Part shown: positions 10,148 to 18,656 of the stretch, piece by piece
Layout of the letters: each line of letters opens with the position of its first letter
Position numbering within the stretch: the stretch's first letter is position 1
Origin: Roseibacillus sp.
GTDB taxonomy: Bacteria; Verrucomicrobiota; Verrucomicrobiia; Verrucomicrobiales; Akkermansiaceae
Reading direction: 5' to 3'
Assembly (NCBI GenBank): GCA_965242925.1
Contig: CBDEUM010000029.1
Span: 64,001-128,000 of the forward strand
DNA: 64,000 nt
Position numbers and translations under genes: made by a program
Notes under the pieces: model-generated
Seen by the model: only the letters and a program-made list of their open reading frames with translations
Told to the model about the DNA's origin: nothing
The model's database searches: none

Positions 10148-10375
10148 TCGACAAGATTAGCAATTCTGGAGGTTGTAGCAAGCGTGCGGAGACCACAGAA
10201 GGAAAGGCTCAATCCGAAAGAGAGGAGAATCGCGACGGTCCCGTCCCGGTTTGCTTTCGAAGCCACGGAAGCCGTGGCTCAGGTTTGTGATCGGGCTTGC
10301 CTTGGGGGCAGGATACAGCCCCACTGTGATCCTTCCGGGAACGATTGAGAGAGAGCGAAATCTCTGCAGGGGCCC

Positions 10376-11836
10376 TTAGAGCCCAAAGCCGGTGCCCGGG
10401 AGGTAGCGGTAGTAAACCTCCAGCATGAGGGTGGCGAGGGCGGTGTGGTAAACCGGATCATTCTTGTTCCCCGGTCCGGGATTGGGCGGGGCTCGGAAGT
10501 GGCCATCGCCCTGCTGGCCGCTCAGGAGGGTGTCGCGAAACATGTCGTTGTAGCCGAGCCAGCTCCTGCCGCCGTGGTTGATGGCGGCCTGGCTCACGTA
10601 GTAGTGCTCGTAAAGGTTGCAGGGCCCTCCCTGGTAGCTGATGCTGGCGTGTTGGTCAATATAGTCCATCCCCTTGCGGGCGGCACGATGATTGGTTCCC
10701 TTATGCTGCTGGAAGCAGAGGACCCCCGCTCCGGTCAGGGTGAAGTGCCCGCCACCCACCGGGCTCGTGCCGGTGTAACCAAAGCCGCCATTACTGTTCT
10801 GTCGGCCTTCACAATAATTGAGCGCCTTGCTGATGCACTCAGGCAGGTTGCGGAAGTCGAGGCGGGTATGGTAGCCCGCTTTGAGAGCCTGCAGCTGCCA
10901 GGCGGTGATGGACATGTCGCCTCCGCGGCTGCCTTCATCGAAGCCGTATTCCCATCCTCCCGAGCGGTTCTGGTTGTCGATGATCCACTGCACGCCCAGC
11001 TGCACGGAATCCTTCAGGTTGGGAATGTTCAGGCCGAGCAGGCGGCAGAACATGTAGGCTTCGGCGAGCGCGTAAGTTGCGATGCCGTGCTCATAGACCC
11101 AGTGGTTGTCACCACGGTTGGTGCACAGCCGGCCCTTGTTCTTCACGCTGTTTTCGATGAGGTAAACCATGCCGTTGGTGACGGCTTCGCCGAATTCCTC
11201 GGAAAGAGGCGTCTCGCAGTGACCGAGATAGGCCAGGAGGACCAATCCGGTCTGGGCCACCTGGCTGCTACCACCCCAGGATCCATCACGGCGCTGAACT
11301 TTCTTGAACCAGCGCAGGGCCTCCACCACCGCCTTTTCGCAGGCCTCGTTGCCGCCACTCTGCTTGAGCCGGCGCATGCGGTCCGCGGCCGAACAGCGTT
11401 TCCGCATGGTAGCGGGGATTCGTCCGAAGCCGCCCCCGCCCCCGTTGCCGCCGGTGCCCCATCCCTTACCAATGTCGTCCCGGAAGCCGTAGGTCAGCGC
11501 CGGAACAGCCTCAATCTCCGGAATCGGCACGGCGGTCGGAGAAGGCGTCACCGAGGCCATGACCTTGGCCATGGACGAGGAGGGCGCATTGGGCTTGGGC
11601 GTGACCTCACGGGTAATTCGCTTCTCCTGGAGCGGGTCTTCCTCCTCTGAGCCGGAAGAGTAGGCAACAATGATGGGGGACTTGATCATCAGGGAAGGCA
11701 GGAGAATGAAGAAGAGGATGAGGACCACCAGGATCACCGAGAGGACGGCAATGATCAGGCTCGTGACGATCGATGCCCGGCGCTGGGCATCCAGGTTGGA
11801 CTGGGCCTCAGGATTGAGTCGGGCGTGAATGCTCAT
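10376..11836 (-). CDS. Membrane-anchored prenyltransferase/squalene-oxidase-repeat (alpha/alpha toroid) protein
   Basis: N-terminal TM helix, Pro/Ser-rich and Gly-rich linkers, then repeated QxxDG(S/G)W/F motifs. Confidence 0.8.
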   Translation of the reverse strand: MSIHARLNPEAQSNLDAQRRASIVTSLIIAVLSVILVVLILFFILLPSLMIKSPIIVAYSSGSEEEDPLQEKRITREVTPKPNAPSSSMAKVMASVTPSPTAVPIPEIEAVPALTYGFRDDIGKGWGTGGNGGGGGFGRIPATMRKRCSAADRMRRLKQSGGNEACEKAVVEALRWFKKVQRRDGSWGGSSQVAQTGLVLLAYLGHCETPLSEEFGEAVTNGMVYLIENSVKNKGRLCTNRGDNHWVYEHGIATYALAEAYMFCRLLGLNIPNLKDSVQLGVQWIIDNQNRSGGWEYGFDEGSRGGDMSITAWQLQALKAGYHTRLDFRNLPECISKALNYCEGRQNSNGGFGYTGTSPVGGGHFTLTGAGVLCFQQHKGTNHRAARKGMDYIDQHASISYQGGPCNLYEHYYVSQAAINHGGRSWLGYNDMFRDTLLSGQQGDGHFRAPPNPGPGNKNDPVYHTALATLMLEVYYRYLPGTGFGL

Positions 11837-11997
11837 GATGTAACGGAATAGACGCCAATGCGCCGGAGCCACTAAGAATCCTTATTTCAAGGTCATTTTC
11901 AAGGCTGGAACGTGGTTTCTGTCTCAAATATTAGCACAAAAAGGGGATCGGAATGCCCGGATTATCAGGACCCCTTAGCTAATTGCCGCTACGGAGG

Positions 11998-13446
11998 TCA
12001 GGCGACGATCTCGTTGATAACCCGCCCCGCCACATCGGTCAGCCGGAACCGGCGGCCACTGTGCTTGAAGGTGAGCTTCTTGTGATCGAGTCCGAGAAGA
12101 TGGAGGATGGTCGCATGCAGGTCGTGGATTTCGACCTTGTCGACCGCTGCGCGGTGGCCGATTTCGTCGGTCTCGCCGTAGGAGGTTCCGCCCTTCACTC
12201 CGCCTCCGGCAAACCAGTAACAGCCGGCGTGGGGATTGTGATCGCGGCCCGGTTTGTTGCTCTTTTGGGCCACGGGAAGGCGCCCGAACTCTCCGCCCCA
12301 GATCACGAGGGTCTCGTCGAGAAGTCCCCGTTCCTCGAGATCATGCAGGAGGCCTGCGATGGGCTGGTCCGTTTCGCCCGCGAAGCCGGTGTGATTACCC
12401 ATGATGTCGTTGTGCCCGTCCCAGCTACGCTGGTTCTCCATTCCCCCGGAGTAGATTTGGACGTAGCGCACACCACGCTCGATCATCCGCCGTGCCATCA
12501 GGCACTGGCGGGCAAAATGACTGCATTGTCCGTTTTCGAGACCGTAAAGCTTCTTGATATGGTCCGGTTCGGAGTCGACGTCGACGCACGCGGGAGCCTC
12601 CTCCTGCATGCGGTAGCCCAGTTCGAAACTCTTGATCCGCGCAGTGAGTTTGCGATCGGCATCAACGCGCTCGCGGTGAGCCTGGTTCATCTCATTCAGG
12701 AAACGGAGCTGGGCACGTTGCTGTTCCTTGCTCAGCCCGGCAACCCGCTTCAGGTTCGGGATGGGATCACCCTTGGTGTTGATCCAGGTTCCCTGAAAGG
12801 ATCCCGGGAGAAATCCGTTGCCCCAGTTGGCCGCGTGGCCCTTGGGCAGGCCGCGGCCCTTTGGGTCGCTCATGACCATGAAGGCAGGCAGATTTTCATT
12901 CTCGGTTCCGAGGCCGTAGGCCACCCAGCTCCCCACGCAGGGATGGCCCATGCGCGTTACCCCCGTATTGGCCATGAAGAGGGCGGGGCTGTGGTTGTTG
13001 GACTGGGTATGGAAGGACTTCACGAATGCCATCTTGTCCACGTGCCTGGAAAGATGGGGGAAGAGGGAGGAGGCCCAGGCGCCACTCTGGCCGTGTTGCT
13101 TGAATTCAAAGGGGGACTTCATCAGCGGTCCGACCGCATTTTCGAAGAATCCGGTAGTGGGGTCGAAGCCTTCAAGCTTCTGCCCATCGCGCTTGGTGAG
13201 TTCGGGCTTGTGATCCCAGGTGTCGACGTGGGATGGACCGCCGTTGATGAAGAGCCAGATCACGTGCTTGGCCTTGCCATCGAAGTGTGGCTTGCGGGCC
13301 TCCAGGGGATTGTCACCAAGTTCGATGGCGGCGTGGCCGTTCTCGTGGAGGATGGATGCGAGGGCAAGGGCGCCAAGCCCGCCACCAGCCCGGCCCAGGA
13401 GTTCACGCCGGGACCAGAGATCTTCAATGCGGTTGCAGTTCATCAC
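11998..13446 (-). CDS. DUF1501 family protein, Tat-exported
   Basis: SRRELL twin-arginine, GGPSHVDTWD, WDGH, GEFGR and GRDHN. Confidence 0.9.
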   Translation of the reverse strand: MMNCNRIEDLWSRRELLGRAGGGLGALALASILHENGHAAIELGDNPLEARKPHFDGKAKHVIWLFINGGPSHVDTWDHKPELTKRDGQKLEGFDPTTGFFENAVGPLMKSPFEFKQHGQSGAWASSLFPHLSRHVDKMAFVKSFHTQSNNHSPALFMANTGVTRMGHPCVGSWVAYGLGTENENLPAFMVMSDPKGRGLPKGHAANWGNGFLPGSFQGTWINTKGDPIPNLKRVAGLSKEQQRAQLRFLNEMNQAHRERVDADRKLTARIKSFELGYRMQEEAPACVDVDSEPDHIKKLYGLENGQCSHFARQCLMARRMIERGVRYVQIYSGGMENQRSWDGHNDIMGNHTGFAGETDQPIAGLLHDLEERGLLDETLVIWGGEFGRLPVAQKSNKPGRDHNPHAGCYWFAGGGVKGGTSYGETDEIGHRAAVDKVEIHDLHATILHLLGLDHKKLTFKHSGRRFRLTDVAGRVINEIVA

Positions 13447-13448
13447 GA

Positions 13449-16400
13449 TTACTCCACGTAAATCATTTCATTTGCGGCAAGGAGGGCATGGCAGAAGTCC
13501 ACGAGGGCGGGCTCCTTCTTCCCGCCGTAGCTCGCGATCTGTTCATTGAGGAAATGGTTCATGCGTTTCCGCTGTTCGCTCGTGGGAGGAGCTCCATGGG
13601 CGCGGTAGACTGCGCTGCCGACCGGATCGCTCTCGTTGAGAATCGCCTTTGCAAAGCGGGTGGCCATTTCGCGTACCTGTGGACTGTTGATGAACACGAG
13701 GGCCTGCGAGGGCGTGGTAGTCATTGCTCGCTGTCCCTGGCTTGTCATGCTGTCAGGCCAGTCGAAGAGCTGCATGATGGGCACCATCTTGCTGCGCTTG
13801 ACGAAAAAGTAGATGCTGCGCCGTTTCATGCCCTGGTCCAGGGTGCCCGCCCCGTACATCCTGCGGTCGAGCAGACCGCTGACGGCGAGGGCGTTGTCCC
13901 GGATGATTTCCGCTTCCAGACGCCGGGGTTCCCGCTTCCACCAGTAGCGGTTCCCGGGATCGGCACTGGTATTGGTCTCGTTATCGGAGGATCCCATGCG
14001 GTAAGCCGCGCTCATCATGATCTTCTTGTGCATGCGCTTGAGGGTCCATCCGTGGGTGATGAGATCACCGGCGAGGTGATCAAGCAGTCCGGGATGGGTG
14101 GGTTTGGTGCCCTGGAAGCCAAAATCGTTGACCGATTCCACAATTCCGCGACCGAAATGATGTTGCCACAGCCTGTTGACGATGACACGGGCTAGAAGAT
14201 GGCCGGCGCCGTTCTCTACATCGGTGATCCACTTCGCCACTCCACTGCGCTTCATGGAAGTGCGTGCCCCGTCCGGTTTGGAGACTACCCAGGATCCAGC
14301 ACTCTTTCCGTTGCGCATAAGGACCTTGAGGAAGTCCTGAGAGGCCTTTCCGTTCTTCTGGGCCGGATCGCCGCGCACGAGGTAGTAGCTTTCCTTGTAG
14401 AAGTCGGGCACCTTTCCACTGTTGGTGTGGTGGCGCATCGGCTTGAGGCCCTCACTGCAGATCATCACTCTTTCCTTTTTGCCCTCGGGCCGGGTGGAAT
14501 TGAGGGCGTTGATCCGGCCCTTCAAGCTGGCCCAGTCGGCATCGAGTTGGAGGTAGAGATCAATCATGCGCGCAAGATCGGCATCCTGCGGGGCGCCCTT
14601 TGTTTTGCGGCTGAGGGCAAGGAGCTCCTTGCGGGCGACCTCACCCGGATCGGAGTGTCCCTCCTGCAGGGGAAGATTGGCCGCCGGTCGGTTGCTTACG
14701 GAGAGGCGCAGGCGCCCGATGTTGTGCTGGGTGTTGAGGTTGAAGTGGAGTTTGAGGGAGAGCCGTTTGTTTACGCCTTTGACGACTTCGGGATTTGTGA
14801 TCTCGAAGATAGCGGCGTGATCCTTGCCGAACTGCGGGTCGACTGCCCAGCCGCTCTTGGGATTCCCATCGATCACGAGGTTGACATGGAGACTGTCGCT
14901 CTGGTTGAAGGTTGCCCGTGGGTTGGCCAGTTTCAGGGCGGTGGTTCCGGCGGAGACCTCCAGGTGAGAAAGCCCGATATTGCCATTGCCGGCCCGGCCC
15001 GGGCCCCCATTCTTCATTGACGGGTGCGCCAGAGCCTCGATGCGCAGGGACCGCGGCTCTTCGACCGGGGACGTGCTCACGAAGGTGTAGACTTCGGAAC
15101 TGGGATTCACCCCACCCGCGAGGTAGGAGCCGTCGGATTGCCGTTTAAAGGTTGTCCCCCCCTTGGAGACCAGGGGTTCCGCCACCAGGATGGTCCAGGC
15201 TGACGTGGGCTCATCCTTATCTCCTGCCCGGTTGGATTGCAGCCAGGCACGCAGCTTCTTCGGAGCCTGGTCCTTCTTATAGGTATCTGCCTCGGTCTGC
15301 AGTTTGCCCATGGCCTTCTTGAACTTGTCCATTGCCGCGCCCGTAGGTTTGTTGGTTTCGAGGTCGATTTCGGTTCGTACCGTCTGCGTGAAGGCGCTGA
15401 GCAGTTCGTAGTAATCCCGGGTGGGAATGGGATCGTATTTGTGATCGTGGCAACGGGCACAGCCGATGGTGGTGGCCAGCATGGCCGATCCCATTGTGGC
15501 GATCATGTCATCGGTGGCATCAAAGCGAATCCGTTCCGCCTCGCTGAAGGTGATCTGGGTGGGGTAAACCCCTGCCCCGAGAAACCCGGTAGCGGCCATC
15601 GCTTCCGAGTTATCGGGTGCCAGTTCATCGCCTGCGATCTGCCACTTCACGAATTGATCGTAGGGTATGTCGGCATTCAGGGCGCGGATGACGAAATCGC
15701 GGAAATGGAAGGCGAATTTGCGGTCGTAGTCGTGTTCAAACCCGTGGCTTTCTGCAAACCGGGCCACGTCGAGCCAGTGTCGCGCCCAGCGTTCACCGAA
15801 CCCGGGGCGGGCGAGGAGGTCGTCGATGACCTTCTCGTAGGCCTGCGGATCCTCGCTCTTCACGAATTTTCCGATCTCGTCCGGGGTGGGCGGAAGTCCG
15901 ATCAGATCAAAGTAGGCGCGTCGGATGAGTTTACGCGGATCGAGGGGGCCTGCCACTGTCAGCCCATGCTCCCGGTGCCTCGCGGCCAGATAACGATCGA
16001 TTTTGGAGGACGCGCTGTTTTGCGCCGGGGGAGGAGCAGTTGCCATCAAGGGGGCGTAGGCCCAGTAGTGCCGATCCTCGTCGGTGACCTGCATCGGAGC
16101 CTTTTTCGCCTTGCTCTTGTCAAGGAGCGGCTGGTCGTAGGCAGCTCCCAGGGCAATCCACTCCTCAAGGGCGGCAATCGCGTCAGCGGGGAGCTGCGGT
16201 TTCTTGGGTGGCATGGCCAGTTCCTCCTCAAGATGAGCAACCGCCCGGTAGAGGAGGCTTGCTTCAGGCTTGCCCGGAACGATCGCGACCCCCTGGTCTC
16301 CACCCCTGAGGACCGCCTCACGGGTGATCAGGTTGAGGCCCGACTTGGTCTTGTCGCCCCCATGGCAGCGTACACAGTGCTCCTTCAGGATGCCCCTCAC

Positions 16401-16514
16401 CGTGCTGGTGAAGAGCTTCTGGCTGGCGGTCATCCTGGCAGCGTGCCCGGGTTCCTCCGCCAGGGCCGAATGAGCCAGGGCCACGAGGACAAGGACCGGT
16501 AGAACTCTGGGCAT
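13449..16514 (-). CDS. Planctomycete cytochrome c + DUF1549 + DUF1553 protein
   Basis: Signal peptide, CVRCH and CARCH heme motifs, ERWARHWLD and VNRLWQHHFG; an inserted beta-sandwich region. Confidence 0.9.
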   Translation of the reverse strand: MPRVLPVLVLVALAHSALAEEPGHAARMTASQKLFTSTVRGILKEHCVRCHGGDKTKSGLNLITREAVLRGGDQGVAIVPGKPEASLLYRAVAHLEEELAMPPKKPQLPADAIAALEEWIALGAAYDQPLLDKSKAKKAPMQVTDEDRHYWAYAPLMATAPPPAQNSASSKIDRYLAARHREHGLTVAGPLDPRKLIRRAYFDLIGLPPTPDEIGKFVKSEDPQAYEKVIDDLLARPGFGERWARHWLDVARFAESHGFEHDYDRKFAFHFRDFVIRALNADIPYDQFVKWQIAGDELAPDNSEAMAATGFLGAGVYPTQITFSEAERIRFDATDDMIATMGSAMLATTIGCARCHDHKYDPIPTRDYYELLSAFTQTVRTEIDLETNKPTGAAMDKFKKAMGKLQTEADTYKKDQAPKKLRAWLQSNRAGDKDEPTSAWTILVAEPLVSKGGTTFKRQSDGSYLAGGVNPSSEVYTFVSTSPVEEPRSLRIEALAHPSMKNGGPGRAGNGNIGLSHLEVSAGTTALKLANPRATFNQSDSLHVNLVIDGNPKSGWAVDPQFGKDHAAIFEITNPEVVKGVNKRLSLKLHFNLNTQHNIGRLRLSVSNRPAANLPLQEGHSDPGEVARKELLALSRKTKGAPQDADLARMIDLYLQLDADWASLKGRINALNSTRPEGKKERVMICSEGLKPMRHHTNSGKVPDFYKESYYLVRGDPAQKNGKASQDFLKVLMRNGKSAGSWVVSKPDGARTSMKRSGVAKWITDVENGAGHLLARVIVNRLWQHHFGRGIVESVNDFGFQGTKPTHPGLLDHLAGDLITHGWTLKRMHKKIMMSAAYRMGSSDNETNTSADPGNRYWWKREPRRLEAEIIRDNALAVSGLLDRRMYGAGTLDQGMKRRSIYFFVKRSKMVPIMQLFDWPDSMTSQGQRAMTTTPSQALVFINSPQVREMATRFAKAILNESDPVGSAVYRAHGAPPTSEQRKRMNHFLNEQIASYGGKKEPALVDFCHALLAANEMIYVE

Positions 16515-16648
16515 ACCGGATGGTCACCCAGTGGCTCGTCCTAGGCAAGTCCCCAAGAGGGACGACACGGGTAACTAGATTTCGGCCTGGGGCGGTCTTT
16601 GCCGTGTTAAATCCGCGGAAGCGCCCTTTGCTGACACGAATCGCGGTA

Positions 16649-17200
16649 TTACACCAACTCGTTGAGGAGATTCTCATGCGGTCGCGGGATGACCACCTTG
16701 TGCACGAGGAGTCCCTTTTCCGAGACCAGGTTGGCGCCCGCATCGATTGCGGCCTGCACCGCCGAAACGTTGCCGGTGAGCGTGACGAAGGCCTTGCCCC
16801 CCAGGGCCATGGCGAGCCGAATTTCGATGAGTTGCACGTCGGCGGCCTTGGCCGCGGCATCCGCCGCTTCGAGCAGGGAGGTCACCGAGAAGGACTCGAT
16901 CACGCCCAGAGCGTCCAGTTCGTCCACCGGGTTGGCCCCCGAGATGGCGGGGAAGACACTGGGATCGATGTTGGAGAGCACTGCGGAGTCGATGATCGCT
17001 CCCTCGCTGATCTCAATTCCAGCTGCGACCGAGGATTCCACGTCGGCCACTTCGCCTCCCACCATGACCATGTATTTGCCCGAGCAGATGGATCGGGCCA
17101 GCAACATCTCGACGTTGGCAGCCTTGAGCATCTCATCGCTGGAGGAATACCCCGCCGCGATGCTGGAGAGTTCGACGATGCCGATAGCGTTCTTGGTCAT
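16649..17200 (-). CDS. pduT: Tandem-BMC-domain shell protein, PduT-like
   Basis: Two BMC domains (AIGIVELSSIA..., ALGVIESFS...); SICSGK matches the PduT TICPGK Fe-S-ligating Cys; ends VIPRPH. Confidence 0.88.
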   Translation of the reverse strand: MTKNAIGIVELSSIAAGYSSSDEMLKAANVEMLLARSICSGKYMVMVGGEVADVESSVAAGIEISEGAIIDSAVLSNIDPSVFPAISGANPVDELDALGVIESFSVTSLLEAADAAAKAADVQLIEIRLAMALGGKAFVTLTGNVSAVQAAIDAGANLVSEKGLLVHKVVIPRPHENLLNELV

Positions 17201-17212
17201 GGGGAGATCTTG

Positions 17213-18532
17213 TTAGATTTTTTCGATGGTGACGGATCCGTTTACGGTGGTGACGGTTCCCTCGATGCTGGAATGAATACGCGCACCCAGTTTTCCTTCC
17301 GGAATGTCTGCCACCAACTGGCCGGCCCTCACCTTGTCTCCTGCCCGGACCACCGCCTCGGAGGGAGTGCCCACGTGCTGACTGAGCGGGAGGGTCACCT
17401 TGCGAGCCTCGTAATCGATGTCGTGCCAGGGCGCGGGGACATTGTAGCTGGTGACACCCAGCTTTTGCATGAGAGCCTTCAGAGGGACGTGCCGGCCGCC
17501 CTCCATGGGATGCGCCTTCACCTCCGTGGAGGGTCCGAGCCAGCGTTCCAGGCCAGCATCCTTGCGGTCCGCGATGGCCTGGTCACAGGCTTCCTTGGGA
17601 AAGAGATCCTCGGGGCAAGCGTAGAGGGTGCACAGGCCGCAGGCGCAGCAGAGGTCCGCCCACTTGCTCCAGTTGTGCTTGCCGCTGGCGGTGAACCCGA
17701 GGGTTCGCATCACCTTGTGTGGCTGGACGTCATAACCCAGGAGATAGCGTGGGCAGAATTCCGTACAGTAACTGCACTGATCGCAGGCGGACTTGCCGAT
17801 CCGGTGCATGGCCTTGTTGGGCGTGAGGACGCGCTGGACGAGACGGTGACTGGTGGGCAGCACAATGAGCCCACCGGTTGTCTTGGTCACGGGCTGGCTG
17901 AGATCTTCCACCAGTTTTCCCATCATGAGCCCACCCACGAAGACGGAGCAATCGCGGGTGGTTGGGCCCCCCGCGATGTCGATCGCTTCCCGCAGGGTGA
18001 TTCCCACCGGCACAGCCATGCTCATGGGTGTGGCCACCTCCCCGGCTATGGTCAGAATTTTCCTGGTGACGGAGCGTCCCTCCACCGCCTCCGCGATGTT
18101 ATAGAGCGTTTCGGAGTTGTGGACCACCGTTCCGACCTGAAGAGGAATCCCACCGGGTGGAATGAGTCGCCCGGTGCATTCATAGACCAGAACGAACTCA
18201 TCACCTGCGGGATAGTAGTCGCCAAAGAGTTGAATCTTTATTTTCTTGCTCTTGGTTGCCTCCTCCAGGAGGGCCACCGTCCTGGTGCGCTTGGCCTTGA
18301 TGCCGAAAATCGCCTTGTCGGCCCCGGTCGCCTGCATGGAGAACTCCATTCCCCGCAGGACCTGGTCGACGTAGGTTTCAGTGAGTTCGGCGTCCTTGTG
18401 CAGGAGGGGCTCGCACTCCGCGCCATTGGCAAGCACGTACTCGGCATCCGCCTCAAGCTTCACATGAGCGGGAAAGCCTGCACCGCCTGCGCCCACCACG
18501 CCAGCCTCGCGGACTGCTTTAACGATTTCCAT
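17213..18532 (-). CDS. pduS: PduS-like FMN / 2x[4Fe-4S] oxidoreductase (RnfC/NuoF-related)
   Basis: AGVVGAGGAGFP, NGAECEP, GGLMMG, CDQCSYCTEFCP, CCACGLCTLYACP and a C-terminal sandwich-barrel domain; start trimmed to ATG 18532. Confidence 0.85.
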   Translation of the reverse strand: MEIVKAVREAGVVGAGGAGFPAHVKLEADAEYVLANGAECEPLLHKDAELTETYVDQVLRGMEFSMQATGADKAIFGIKAKRTRTVALLEEATKSKKIKIQLFGDYYPAGDEFVLVYECTGRLIPPGGIPLQVGTVVHNSETLYNIAEAVEGRSVTRKILTIAGEVATPMSMAVPVGITLREAIDIAGGPTTRDCSVFVGGLMMGKLVEDLSQPVTKTTGGLIVLPTSHRLVQRVLTPNKAMHRIGKSACDQCSYCTEFCPRYLLGYDVQPHKVMRTLGFTASGKHNWSKWADLCCACGLCTLYACPEDLFPKEACDQAIADRKDAGLERWLGPSTEVKAHPMEGGRHVPLKALMQKLGVTSYNVPAPWHDIDYEARKVTLPLSQHVGTPSEAVVRAGDKVRAGQLVADIPEGKLGARIHSSIEGTVTTVNGSVTIEKI

Positions 18533-18656
18533 ATGCCTGCGAGGGAGCATCGTGGATGGGGATTCCGAGTCAAGGGTTGAGAATTTGTCCCGGTGGTCTT
18601 GACCACGGACCTGCCCTTCGGGTTTTTTTCGCCGAACTCCGGCGCGACCGGTAACG

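Noticed and set aside
10261..10279. Hairpin AGCCACGG-AAG-CCGTGGCT as a terminator
   Set aside because: No U-tract on the transcribed (minus) strand; function unsupported.
17213..18532. RnfC of an Rnf complex or NuoF of complex I
   Set aside because: No rnf or nuo neighbours; the C-terminal position of the sandwich-barrel domain and the adjacent PduT-like gene fit PduS.
11983..18580. Long plus-strand ORFs (11983-13461, 15237-16502, 16520-18580)
   Set aside because: They are antisense shadows of well-supported minus-strand genes, expected from high-GC codon bias, and show no motifs.
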